From Pholidichthys leucotaenia (lineage: Eukaryota): 64,000 nucleotides of DNA. Of the stretch, positions 1-11,200 are shown piece by piece (positions within the stretch are counted from its first letter, which is position 1; the number at the start of each line of letters is the position of its first letter). The stretch is from positions 202,587,081-202,651,080 of the forward strand of contig CM035846.1 in the NCBI GenBank assembly GCA_020510985.1. The letters are read 5' to 3'. Made by a program: the position numbers and the translations under genes. Below the pieces are notes generated by a model. The model was not told the DNA's origin and made no database searches. It saw only the letters and a program-made list of their open reading frames with translations.

Positions 1-479
1 CATCCAGTGTGGGGCACATATATGCACATATGTATATGACTGCATGATTCATACGTATACCACCTTAGGCTTCACATCTGAGACGGAACAAAGGACTGAG
101 CCGCTCTGGAGATAACACGAGGGTGTGAAGTTTAGTCTTTGGCATGCAAAGAGATAGCCTTGGCGGATTTCGCCCAGCGGCCAGAGACTGAGAGGTGGAG
201 TGTGTTAAGATCGGGGGGAAGTTACATTGTGACTGGGATTAAGTACCATGTGACTGTATGTTTGATGTCCTGGGTATAAAAGGGACAGATGTTGGAAGAT
301 TCATCCTCTTTTCTCTTTCTGTGTTTGGATGATGTTGGAGAATGTGAATAAATCTGACTTGAGAAATAAACTCAGCCTCATCTTTCCCCATTCTCCACAC
401 CAGTAGTTTTTGTGTAATCCTGCTGCACAAATACAAACAAAGCCCTTGGTGGAGGTATGCACTCTCAGATCATCACCAA

Positions 480-650
480 AAGCTAATCATCTGTTCCCCA
501 TGCCATTACACACCTTTCCTGAACACTTCATCAAAATCCATTCATAACTTTTTGAGTTATGTTGGTAACAGTCAAACCAACAGACAAACCAACAAATCAA
601 CCAACACCACCGAAAACATTACCTCGTCCCTTGGCGGACTTAATAGTCAG
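480..650 (+). repeat. Diverged copy of the X-module dispersed repeat (same family as 29623-29975, 41010-41275, 44300-44600)
   Basis: Shares the '...aactttttgagttat..ttggtaac..caaacagacaaac...' segment and a TGGCGGA-type terminus at 631-640 with the other X copies. Its antisense ORF resembles ORFs 29609..29869(-) and 44304..44495(-). Confidence 0.35.
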
Positions 651-1189
651 TCAGTATTAGTAAGGTAGGTTTTTGAAGGTTATTAATATGAATTTGTTAC
701 TTTTCTTGCAGATGTTTGTTTTTCGTGTAAACCAGTTTTATACAAATTTGTACCTGTTTTAATTATGCCTGGTGAAATGGAGAGGCATACGGTAATCAGT
801 TAATGCGTCTGTGTGTGGATGTATGTATCTGTCTCTCTGTCTGCCTCTCTCTTTCAGCTCGCCTGGTCAAAATTAAGTGGAACTAAAGGCTTGTATCACT
901 GGCTATGTTTACATGGACACAAGTAACCGGATTAAAAGCCTGATTGGAATAAAAATGCTTCATGTAGACACAGCAATCTGAATATTCTAACCCGATCACG
1001 TTCATTCGTATCAAAATTTCATTCCGATTGAGAGGGGTGGGTTATGCCGATTGTTAATCGGAAAGGTGCGCATGAAAACACTTATTTCAAATGTAGGGCA
1101 GAAAATGTTTACTGCGCATGTCTGTACACCAGCCGCACGCCGACGTGACATATTTCTGCCTTAGCAGCAACTAGCGGAAAACATAGCGT

Positions 1190-1645
1190 TGTGGCGGTAT
1201 GAAATAATAAGCAGCGAACTGAGGTTTAAAAGTGGGTTTTATTTCATCCCGCCATCACAGAACTCACTCCAGCGCCGTGCAGGCGCACCGGCGCGAGCTC
1301 TCAGGCTCTCGTCAGGAGACACAGAATGCGTGTAGTCAGAAGCAGTGGTCAGAGAGAGAGATAGCATGTGATATTCAGTCACTTATATACCCAGTTACAG
1401 ACAATACATGAAAGGCACATTTGCATCACAGTAACTGCGGGAAAGCATGGGACATTTGCATCACAGTCAGAGCAAGAAGCATGAACATTTGCATTTGAGT
1501 CATACATATCAACAGCAGGACTGGCAGGAAGGAGCTAGACAAAGAGCGGCTGCCTATTGATATCAATACACACATCTCATTGTTCTGCTAATTGCTCCAG
1601 CTGAGCGCTCTGCTTGTCCTAGTCTGTTGTAGGGGTCACCCACAG
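1190..1645. repeat. LTR-like direct repeat, copy 1 (~456 bp, TGTGG...CCACA termini)
   Basis: About 95% identical to 4250-4710 in the same orientation. Begins TGTGGCGG and ends GGTCACCCACAG. Confidence 0.6.
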
Positions 1646-2039
1646 TACTCCCCCCCAGAGGGCTCAGCGGGAAGCTGAGGCCTCGATAGTCCGGCTTTGG
1701 GAGCGAGCTGCGGGGAAAGCTCGCTGCAGGCGGCGGTGGAGGGAGGGGGGGTGGGGGTAGCAAGTGCCGGCCCGGGACGGCGAAATTGTCTGAGCCACAC
1801 AAAAATCGCCTGTGGATCCGCGATGTTGAGGGGCTGTCCCGTTGAACGTGCGGAGGTCCACAGCAGCTGTAAGAAGAAAAATTAGTCTCTGACTCCTCTC
1901 GCGGCCATGAAGAAAAAAAGGAGCTGCAGCAGTGTGGGATTTGGCGTGTTGACTTTAGGTGCTCATGCAGTCCTAAAGTCCTCGGGGACAGCTGATGGCT
2001 GAATTCCCTTGTGCGCCGTGGCTGAGACCATTACAAAAT

Positions 2040-2975
2040 CCTGTGAGCGAGCTGCGTGTGTGCTCCAGGTGTGTGAGCAGCCCTGAAGGTTCTGTGTGCA
2101 GTGGCGAAGGACGATGGCGGTCTGTGTGGAGCCAGTATTGTCCCGTGCGTGGAGCGCTGTCCTCATAACGGAACGGTGCTGGCTCCCTTCTTGTTCACTC
2201 TTTATACTGCGGACTTCTCACACAACACAACACATTGCCATCTACAGAAGTTCTCTGATGACTCTGCGATCGTTGGTCTCATCTCCAGCGGAGATGAAGC
2301 TGAGTACAGAGGGCTTATCCAGGACTTTGTGGACTGGTGCCATCGGAACTGCCTCCAGATCAACGCGAGGAAAACTAAGGAGCTGGTGGTGGACTGCCGC
2401 AGGCATGGGCAGCCCCTCACAGCACCAGTAAATATACAGGGAACAGACATCGAGATGGTGACATCCTACAAGTACCTGGGTATTCATCTGAACAATAAAC
2501 TAGACTGGTCACACAATACTGACGCACTCTACAAGAAGGGACAGCGCAGGCTGTTCCTGCTGAGGAGACTCAGGTCTTTTGGTGTACAAGGGGCGCTGCT
2601 GAAGTCATTCTATGACACGGTGGTGGCATCAGCCATCACTTTTGGAGTGGTCTGCTGGGGCAGTGGCATTACTGCAGCCGATAGGAAGAGACTGAACAAA
2701 CTGATTAAGAAAGCTAGCTCTGTCCTGGGGCAGCGCCTTGATCCGATGGAGGAGATAGGAGAGAGAAGGACGGTGGCTAAACTGTCATCTCTGCTGGAGT
2801 CCGAGTTCCACCCTATGCAGGACATACTGGATGCACTGAGGAGCTCATTTAGCAGCAGACTACATCATCCCAGGTGCACAACCGAGAGGTTTCGTAGGTC
2901 CTTCCTACCAACGGCTGTCAGACTGTACAACCTAAGCAGGGCTGCTTGCAGAGATAGCAAAAAGACGTAACAAAC
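2040..2975 (+). mobile_element. L2/CR1-clade LINE ORF2 fragment (reverse-transcriptase C-terminal half, 5'-truncated)
   Basis: ORF 2101..2970 has an FSDDSAIVG (FADD-type) motif, KYLGIHL, and the LLRRLRSFGV...YNL tail typical of fish L2-type RT C-termini. Confidence 0.7.
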
Positions 2976-3129
2976 TAATAGTTTTTTTTTGAATGCAAAA
3001 GATGCAATAGACTTACACAATGGTCCTCTCCGGCATACAACTAGGAACATACCGGTCGCTATGGAGGGTGAGAATATGTATGGGCACATAATCATACCAT
3101 GTAGGATAACTAAATAGACGGTTATGCTG

Positions 3130-3490
3130 TTTCATCCCACCTAGCAACAATGCTCTGCACTGTGTGTGTTTATATATTTACATATTTATTCCATCTAGCT
3201 ACAATGCTCTGCACTGGGTGTGTTTATATTTATATATCTATATATTTATTCCATCTAGCTACAATGCTCCGCACTGTGTTTTTATATATCTACATATTAT
3301 TCCATCTAGCTACATTGCTCCGCACTGTGTGTGTTTATATACTTGCATATTTATTCCACCTAGCTGCAATGCTCCATACTGTGGGTGTTTATATATTTAC
3401 ATATTTATTCCATCTAGCTACAATGCTCTGCACTGTGTGTTCATATATTCATATATTTATTCCATCCAGCTACAATGCTCTGCACTGTGT
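3130..3490. repeat. ~60-bp minisatellite, about 6 units
   Basis: Tandem units of 'ttccatctagctacaatgctctgcactgtgtgtgtttatatatttacatatttatt'. Translating it gives the repetitive ORFs 3150..3527 and 3164..3550. Confidence 0.8.
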
Positions 3491-3516
3491 GTCTGTGTGT
3501 GTGTGTGTGTATATAT
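3489..3516. repeat. (TG)n microsatellite
   Basis: tgtgtgtgtgtgtgtgtg followed by (ta)n. Confidence 0.9.
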
Positions 3517-3654
3517 ATATTTTATAGTAATATGTACATATGTATATTAGCTGCTCTTGCTTGCTTGTTTTTTCTTGCCTTCTGATTGTTGCTCTGAGTG
3601 TTGCTATCCCTGTGCTGTTGCAATCCTGGAATTTCCCCGTTGTGGGACTAATAA

Positions 3655-3690
3655 AGGCTTATCTTATCTTATCTTATCTTATCTTATAAC
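3655..3690. repeat. (CTTAT)n microsatellite, ~7 units
   Basis: cttatcttatcttatcttatcttat. Confidence 0.9.
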
Positions 3691-4249
3691 CCCCGGGTGT
3701 GCGTGCGGGGTTCGGTGCATGGCAGGCCCGCTGTAGAGGCGAGTCAGGGCCAGGGAGCTTGCTGGAGATCAGCGTAGTCGGCGCCGATGATCATCCCTGT
3801 TCAGGCTGTTGCTGTAGTTTGCTGTGCCGGGTCATGGTGCGTTCAGGTCCACGCGCCGCGTTCTCCGTCGGCCCTGGAGGTCGCCGTCGTGGAGAGAGGA
3901 CGAGGTGCGTGCGCTCTCGTGTGGAGTAGCTGTGAGAGCGGCCGGTCCCAGCGTGGATGTGCAGATCTCAGGCGTGCAGATCTCACCATGAAGCTTTCTG
4001 CAGCTTTCCCGGTCATGGGTGATCTCCGGAGAGTTCGCCTGGTGGTGGCTCTGCGTCGAGGTCTCCCTGTAGCAGAAGGGAGGGCAGATCATTTGCGTCA
4101 GGCTGCTGCGTTCACTTGTCGTCGGAGAGTCACCGCCGGGTGCTGCGTTCGTTGTCAGCATGTTCTTTTCATCGTCGGGTCACCAGTGTAGATGTCCAGA
4201 TCAGAAAGTTGCATTGCACAAAGCGTGTGCTTTCTTTCAGGGTCACCAG

Positions 4250-4710
4250 TGTGGCGGCATGATATAATAGGCAGCGAACTGAGGTTTAAAAGTGGGTTTT
4301 ATTTCATCCCGCCATCACAGAACTCACTCCAGCACTGTGTAGGCGCGCCAGAGCGAGCTCTCAGGCTCTCGTCAGGAGACACGGAATGCGTGTAGTCAGA
4401 AGCAGTGGTCAGAGAGAGAGAGAGCATGTGATATTCAGTCACTTACAATATATACCCAGTTACAGACAATACATGAAAGGCACATTTGCATCACAGTAAC
4501 TGCGGGAAGGCATGGGACATTTGCATCACAGTCAGAGCAGGAAGCATGAACATTTGCATTTGAGTCATACATATCAACAGCAGGACTGGCAGGAAGGAGC
4601 TAGACAAAGAGCGGCTGCCTATTGATATCAATACACACATCTCATTGTTCTGCTAATTGCTCCAGCTGAGCGCTCTGCTTGTCCCAGTCTGTTGTGGGGG
4701 TCACCCACAG
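4250..4710. repeat. LTR-like direct repeat, copy 2
   Basis: Direct repeat of 1190-1645 with a few substitutions and small indels. Confidence 0.6.
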
Positions 4711-5774
4711 CGGGAGTAAAACAAAACTGGTCTGTATTGTCCTGCTGTCTCCCTCTGTTCATCATATGCAGAAGTATGTACTTGTAGCTTCATTACGGAG
4801 ACCAGCAGAAACAAAAGTACAGTGTGAATAACACAATACAGGTCAATTTCGACACGAAGCGGGGCTTGCTAACACTGGAAGTTGCTTCTTCTTCTACTAT
4901 TTTCGGAATGTCGGATAATTGTGCACATGTCAAAATCATTTATTCCGTTCAAACGTGTGACACATGGAAGCGCACATCCTAATCAGATCAGCTTTTTCAG
5001 GATCCATGTAAACAGTAAAATTCTGATCTGAATTGTAATCAGATTGAAGAAATTTTGCCCATGTAACCATAGCCATTGTATCATCATATTTTCTCGACTT
5101 TTAATGTGCCAGAATTCCAAGATAAGGCTTTGTTTTGGAAATAAGCACAAATTTAACTCCCCTTTAATGCCAGTGTAGCCGGGGGAAAAGGTATTGTAAT
5201 AACTATGCCGGGCCACTAGAGGTGGCAAGGGCAATGTTTTTACAGCACAACGCAGCACTTTTTTTTACAGCACGTGGAGCTGAACTGTTATAAAATAGTG
5301 GTTACTATAAAAAAAACACATATTCAGCAACTACACCATTTATTCATCACATCAATTGTTTTCACACTGGTTTTGCTGTTTAGTTTTGTAGAGGAAGGAT
5401 GAGGTAAAACTCATTAAAAACTTGCTAAAAAGTCCAAGTCCTAACATTTCTCACCCGTAAATGGTCGCAGTGAACTGTGCATGCACCGAGAAACTCCCAC
5501 TACAGGGAAGTACTGAGTAATTCGCCAATACTGGGTGAACAAATGTTTTTGCCTGTCTCTTTTCTTCCTCTGCCACTAAACAGCAAAAGCTCCTGTTTGT
5601 CTTGATTGTCAGTGTATTCACGTACCTTCATCGCTTCCACCATTTAAAATGTTTGCCACTGTGCTCTTCTTTTGTTTGGATTGCAGCTGTTCAAATCTGT
5701 TTGGTGGCTCTTGGCTGCCACTGACAGTATGGGCATGTGAACTGCAGATTATTTTCACTGCGCATGCATGTACT

Positions 5775-5971
5775 CCAAAACTACTCAATGGATTTAGATG
5801 AAATTTTTACCAGAGGTGGTCCTTGGGCTAGAGAGGAACCCATAACATTTTGGTGATGATCCCAGAACACATACCTCCACCAAGGCTCTTATCTTCTCAC
5901 AGTGTGTTAGCAAGAATACGCCAAAACTACTAGATGGATTTGGATGAAATTTGTATCAGAGGTGGCCCTTG
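5775..5971. repeat. ~150-bp satellite array, left part (interrupted by LTR element)
   Basis: The unit 'ctactagatggatttggatgaaattt..accagaggtggtccttgggctagagaggaacccataacattttggtgatgatcc...gtgtgttagcaagaatac' recurs at 9559-9775. Confidence 0.6.
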
Positions 5972-6201
5972 TGTGAGATACAGTATGCATTTAATATAAA
6001 AGTGTAAGATGGACACGCACCTCCAGGTGGCGCCTCTGCCCCGCCCTATATAAGGCCGCCTCGGCCGTCTTATTACTCTCTCTTATCTCGCCTGGAGGTT
6101 GGCTGGTGCTGGGTGTGTAACGGTCATTATCAGTCTGCTAAATAAAGCTGTGTTCCAAGTCACCTCGCCTCTTCTGTTCAGCAGGTAATATCAGACATAA
6201 C
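5972..6201 (+). repeat. 5' LTR
   Basis: Direct repeat of 9345-9558. Contains a TATA-like 'ccctatataaggcc' and 'aaataaagctg'. Confidence 0.7.
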
Positions 6202-6204
6202 ATT

Positions 6205-7370
6205 GGCGACGTCGGATTAAACCATGGAGGCGTGCATGGTCCCTATCTGCCCTTTCCTCGAGGTGCCCAGAGAACCACCGGTGCCCTGGCCTATGTGGTA
6301 CGAGGCCTTTCATAATTAAGTTGCCGCACTGGGTCTCGGGGAGCTTGACAAGCAGAGAGCCCGGGCGCTATTGGTGCACAATTTGGGCATAGAGGGCCAG
6401 TGAATCCTGGGAGCGCTCAGTGCTGCTGACACATATGAAGAGTTAGCGGAGCTGCTAGTTAACCATTTCCACACCCCGGATAGTGTGACGGTTCGGAGGA
6501 TCCGCTTTTGGTGGTGGCATCAGCGGGTGGGTGAACCTGTCTGGCAGTTCATCACTGACATGAAACAGATAGCTAGCGAGTGTTGTTTTCAGAAAATTGG
6601 AGGAAAAAATGATTCGTGACCAGCTGGCAGAGCATACTTGTAGCGCTACATTGCGGGCTAGGCTACTTACGATGCCAAGTGAGCTCACGTTAGCCAGAGC
6701 TGTCAAGCTAGCACTCCATATGGAAGCCACGGACAAGCTAGCTCTAGAGCAAACCGGGCACCAGTCACAGCAGCCCCTGGAGCCTCTTGTCGCGGCAAAT
6801 GCCACGGACTTGGACAGCGAAGCTAGCTGGGACAGCGAGGAGACAGAAGCCAATGCTACTAGCTGGGGGTCGGCCCCGGGAGAGTCCCTCTGTATGGGTT
6901 GTGGGTCTGTGAAACACCAAAAAAAGGCAAAGGACTGTCTGGCGATAGGAGCATGTTGTAACAGATGTAGTCGCTTGAACCTTTTTGCCAGGGCCTGCCG
7001 TGGATTTAACCCAGAGAACCCACAGAAGAAATCACTCCGCCCTTCCCCGACAACCATCCACACAGTGTTGGCTGAAGAACTACCGGGCACCATGGCGGTC
7101 AAGCAGGACCAATTTTGCCCAGGGTCAGTACCTAGACCAACAAGTGACACCAATGGGCTGGCCCCAGATGCCTCCGGAGCCTGGCAGCGGGAGGACAGAG
7201 GGTCTGCGGCTATGATGGTGAATGTTACAACGGTATTAGAAGAGGTCGGGGCAGGACCGAGAAGCACAGAGGATCAGCGTGCTCGACAGCAACGTCTCAA
7301 GCCGAGTCGGGCCCCGTTGAGGGTCCTGGATTGGGTTCGGAGTCGAGATGAGGGACATCCGCAGTGAAGA
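6205..7370 (+). pseudogene. Retrotransposon gag-like region (frameshifted)
   Basis: 6290-6600 encodes the retrotransposon-gag motif in broken frames (…LGLGELDKQRARALL…YEELAELLVNHF…IRDQL). ORF 6597..7367 continues with a Cys-rich stretch (CMGCGSVKH…CCNRC). Confidence 0.5.
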
Positions 7371-7989
7371 TGGGCCAGACGACAACCTGAGGAACATCGG
7401 GAGAGTCTGTGCATAGTGGAGAAACTGGGTCTAGCCCACTTCCGACTGTCTGACAGCTCGGTGTAGCATGCAAATCGGCTTTGGTGTTTCCAGGAGAAGA
7501 CTCTGGGAGACGAGGCTGGACGTGGGATGAGGCCGATGGTGAGGAATTGCGGCTTCAGCGTCCGGAGAGTCACCCATCACCCCGAAGACCAGCTGTTTCC
7601 AGGGGCGCATCTGCTGAGAGGGTGCCCTGGGCCCCCATGCCAGTTATGTCCATTCTACTTGAACACTTGGGTTGTACATATTGTACATATTGAAATTCTG
7701 TTGTTGTTGTTTAAAAAAAGTTATAGAAGGGATAAGTTTGTTTTGTTTTTTTTGTTCTAGTTCAGGAGCACGGCATGCAATTTTAGTTATGGACTCTAAT
7801 TTACCCCAGCAGGTGGCAGAATAATCCACCTTGCCATGTGGTCAGGATGGCAGTCCACCCGTCCTCCCTATTTTAGCTTTTGTTGTGTGAATGCGTTAGG
7901 CCATTTAGAGACATTAGTTTTTGTTTATTAGTGCATGATTTGGATCCCAAATTGGGGAGGGTCTTAATTGAGTGAGTGATTTTGGACTT

Positions 7990-9344
7990 TTTTTTAAAGG
8001 GGGGGAAAATGTGACTTTAGAGGGATCACACTCCTCAGCCTCCCTGGGAAGGTCTATGCCAAGGTACTGGAGAGAAGAGTCCGGCCGTTGGTCGAACCTC
8101 GGATTCAGGAGGAGCAATGTGGTTTTCGTCCTGGCCGTGGCACATCGGACCAGCTCTTTACCCTCTTGAGAATTCTTGAGGGTTCGTGGGAGTTTGCCCA
8201 ACCAGTTTACATGTGTTTTGTGGACTTGGAGAAGGCATTTGACCGCGTCCCTCGTGGTTTTTTGTGGGGGGTGCTTCGGGAGTATGGGGTATCGGGCTTG
8301 TTGTTACGAGCTATTCGGTCTCTGTACGACTGTTGTGAGAGTTTGGTTTGTATTGCCAACACTCGGTCGGACTCATTCCCAGTGAGAGTTGGACTCCGCC
8401 AGGGCTGCCCTTTGTCACTGATCCTGTTCATAATTTTTATGGACAGGATTTCTAGGCGCAGCCAGGGAATGGAGGGTGTCATGCTTGGTGACCACAGGAT
8501 CTCATCTCTGTTGTTTGCAGATGATGTTGTCCTGTTGGCTTCATCCAGCAATGACCTACATCTCTTGCTGGGACGGTTTGTCGCTGAGTGTGAAGCGGCT
8601 GGGATGAGAATCAGCACCTCCAAGTCCGAGTCCATGGTCCTCAGCTGGAAAAAGGTGGATTGTCCTCTCTGGGTTGGGGACAGGCTCCTGCCCCAAGTGG
8701 AGGAGTTTAAGTATCTTGGGGTCTTGTTCACGAGTGAGGGGAAAATGGAGCGAGAGATTGACAGACGGATTGGAGCAGCATCTGCAGTGATGTGGACGTT
8801 GTACAAGTCTGTTGTGGTGAAGAGGGAGCTTAGTTCTAAGGCAAAGCTGTTGATTTACCAGTCAATCTACGTTCCTACTCTCACCTATGGTCACAAGCTT
8901 TGGGTAATGACTGAAAGAACAAGATCGCGGATGCAAGCAGCTGAAATGAGCTTTCTCCGCAGGATTGCTGGACTCACCCTCAGAGATAGGGTGAGGAGCT
9001 CAGTCATCCGGGAGAAGCTCAGAGTAGAACCGCTGCTCCTCCACATTGAAAGGAGTCAGTTGAGGTGGTATGGGCATCTGATTAGGATGCCTCCTGGACG
9101 CCTCCCACTTGAGGTGTTTCAGGCACGTCCCACTGGGAGGAGACCCCGGGGCAGACCCAGGACTCGGTGGAGAGACTATGTCTCCCAGCTGGTCTGGGAA
9201 CACCTTGGTATCCTCTCTGAAGAGCTGGAGCAGGTGGCGGGGGAGAGGGAAGTCTGGGCTTCTCTGCTTGAACTGCTGCCTCTGTGACCCGGACCTCCGG
9301 AAAAGCGGTAGAAAATGGATGGATGGATGGATGGATGGAGAAAA
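7990..9344 (+). mobile_element. RTE-like (Rex3-like) LINE fragment: RT domain plus (GGAT)n tail, 5'-truncated
   Basis: ORF 8088..9287 has RT motifs CGFRPGRGTSDQ, FVDLEKAFDRVPR, SLLFADDVVLL and GRPRGRPRTRWRDYV. (ggat)n at 9315-9340 is a typical RTE tail. Confidence 0.75.
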
Positions 9345-9558
9345 TGTGAGATAAGTATTTAATATGAAAGTGTAAGATGGGCACGCACCTCCAGGTGGCG
9401 CCTCCGCCTCTGGCCTTCAGCCATCTTATTACTCTCTCTTATCTCGCCTGGACGTTGGCCGGTGCTGAGTCTGTCACGGTCATTATCAGTCCGCTAAATA
9501 AAGCTGTGTTCCAAGTCACCTCGCCTCTTCTGTTCAGCAGGTAATATCAGACATAACA
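9345..9558 (+). repeat. 3' LTR
   Basis: Direct repeat of 5972-6201. Confidence 0.7.
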
Positions 9559-9775
9559 CCTTTGGGCTAGAGAGAAACCCATAAGATTTTAGTGATGATC
9601 TGAGAACGCATAACTCCACCAAGGCTCTTATCTTCTCACAGTGTGTTAGCAAGAATGCTTGAAAACTACTAGATGAATTTGGATAAAAGTTTTACTAGAG
9701 GTGGTCCTTGGGCTAGAGAGGACCCCATAACATTTTGGTGATGATCCAAGAATGCATACCTCCTCCCAATGATAA
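9559..9775. repeat. ~150-bp satellite array, right part
   Basis: Same unit as 5775-5971. Resumes right after the 3' LTR and is cut off by the Tc1-like element. Confidence 0.6.
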
Positions 9776-11200
9776 CTATTTTTTGCAAAAATAAAAAACC
9801 TCATAATGCACTGTTCCAAATTATTATGTACAACAGGGTTTCAAAACATTTTATTTGTTGTAAAGAACTGAAAATGGTCATTTGTTGAATTTGCAGCATT
9901 AGGAGGTCATATTTACTGAAATCAAAAGCTATTTCAATCAAAAACATCTCCAAGTTGCATGTTAACATAGGACCCCTTCTTTGATATAACCTTCACAATT
10001 ATTGCATCCACTGAACTTGTGAGTTTTTGGAGAGTTTCTGCTTGAATTTCTTTGCAAGATGCCAGAATAGCCTCCCACACCTGCTGTTTTGATGTGAACT
10101 GCCTCCCACCCTCATAGATCTCTTGCTTGAAGATGCTCCAAAGGTTCTCAATAGGGTTGAGGTCAGGGGAGGATGGAGGCCACACCATGAATTTCTCTCC
10201 TTTAATGCCCATAGCAACCAATGACACAGAGGTATTCTTTGCAGCATGAGATGGTGCATTGTCATGCATGAAGATAATTTTTCTACGGAAGGCACGGTTC
10301 TTTTTTTTGTACCATGGAGGAAAGTGGTCAGTCAGAAACTATATATACTTTGCTGAGGTCATTTTCACACCTTCTGGGATCCTAAAAGGGCCTACAAGTT
10401 CTCTCCCCATGATTCTATCCCAAAACATGACTCCGCCACCAAATTGCTGATGTTGCAGCCTTGTGGGGACATGGTGGCCATCCACCAACCATCCACTACT
10501 CCATCCATCTGGACCATCCAGGGTTTCACGGCACTCATCAGAAAACAAGACTGTTTGAAAATTAGTCTTCATGTATTACTGGGCTCACTGCAACCATTTC
10601 TGCTTGTGAGCATTGGTTAGGGATGGCCGAATAGTAGGTTTATGCAAAACTGCAAGTCTCTGGAGGATCCTACACCTTGAGGTTCATGGGACTCCAGAGG
10701 CACCAGCAGCTTCAAATACCTGTTTCCTGCTTTGTAATGGCATTTTAGCAGCTGCTCTCTTAAGCTGATGAATTAGTCTGGCAGAAACCTTCTTCATTAC
10801 GCCTTTATCTGCACAAACCTGTTTGTGCTCTAAATCAACCACAAATTCCTTCACAATACGATGACCACGCTTAAATTTTTGTGAAATATCTAATGTTTTC
10901 ATACCTTTTCCAAGGCATTGCACTATTTGACGCTTTTGGCTGCAGAGAAATACTTTTTCTTTCCCATATTGCTTGAAACCTGTGGCATGTTTAATAATGT
11001 GGAACATCCTCCTGAAGTAGTTTTCCTTTAATTGGGCTCACCTGGCAAACTAATTATGACAGGTGTCTGAGATTGATATCAGTGATCCAAAGAGCCCTGA
11101 GACACAATACCATCCATGAGTTTAATTGAAAAACAAAAAATTGAATGTTTATGACACTAAAATCCTATTTACATAATAATTTGGAACACTGCTTATGGTC
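9775..11200 (-). mobile_element. Tc1/mariner-like DNA transposon (degenerate)
   Basis: Inverted repeats 'cactgttccaaattattatgta' at ~9808 and its complement at ~11172. Minus-strand ORFs encode a Tc1 transposase (…HDNAPSH…PPSSPDLNPIENLW…) that is frameshifted. Confidence 0.8.
9934..11007 (-). pseudogene. Tc1-like transposase, DDE domain, broken into three ORFs
   Basis: ORFs 9934..10269, 10339..10572 and 10684..11007 on the minus strand. Confidence 0.75.

Larger units (their letters stand above)
1190..4710 (+). mobile_element. Putative non-autonomous LTR element (LARD-like) or LTR pair bounding a composite interior
   Basis: Two ~460-bp direct repeats with TG..CA ends flank 2.6 kb that holds only a LINE fragment and simple repeats. 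I found no clean TSD. Confidence 0.35.
5972..9558 (+). mobile_element. LTR retroelement remnant (gag only) carrying a nested RTE-like LINE fragment
   Basis: LTRs of 230 and 214 bp (TGTGAG...CATAACA) include TATATAAGG and AATAAA. TSD is CCTTG/CCTTTG within the satellite unit. Internal region has a gag-like sequence, then a LINE RT. Confidence 0.6.

Noticed and set aside
900..5075. Possible large DNA transposon bounded by inverted 'gtttacatgg…ctgatt' segments at ~905 and ~5000
   Set aside because: The similarity covers only a few short words. I could not extend it into a convincing TIR alignment by eye.
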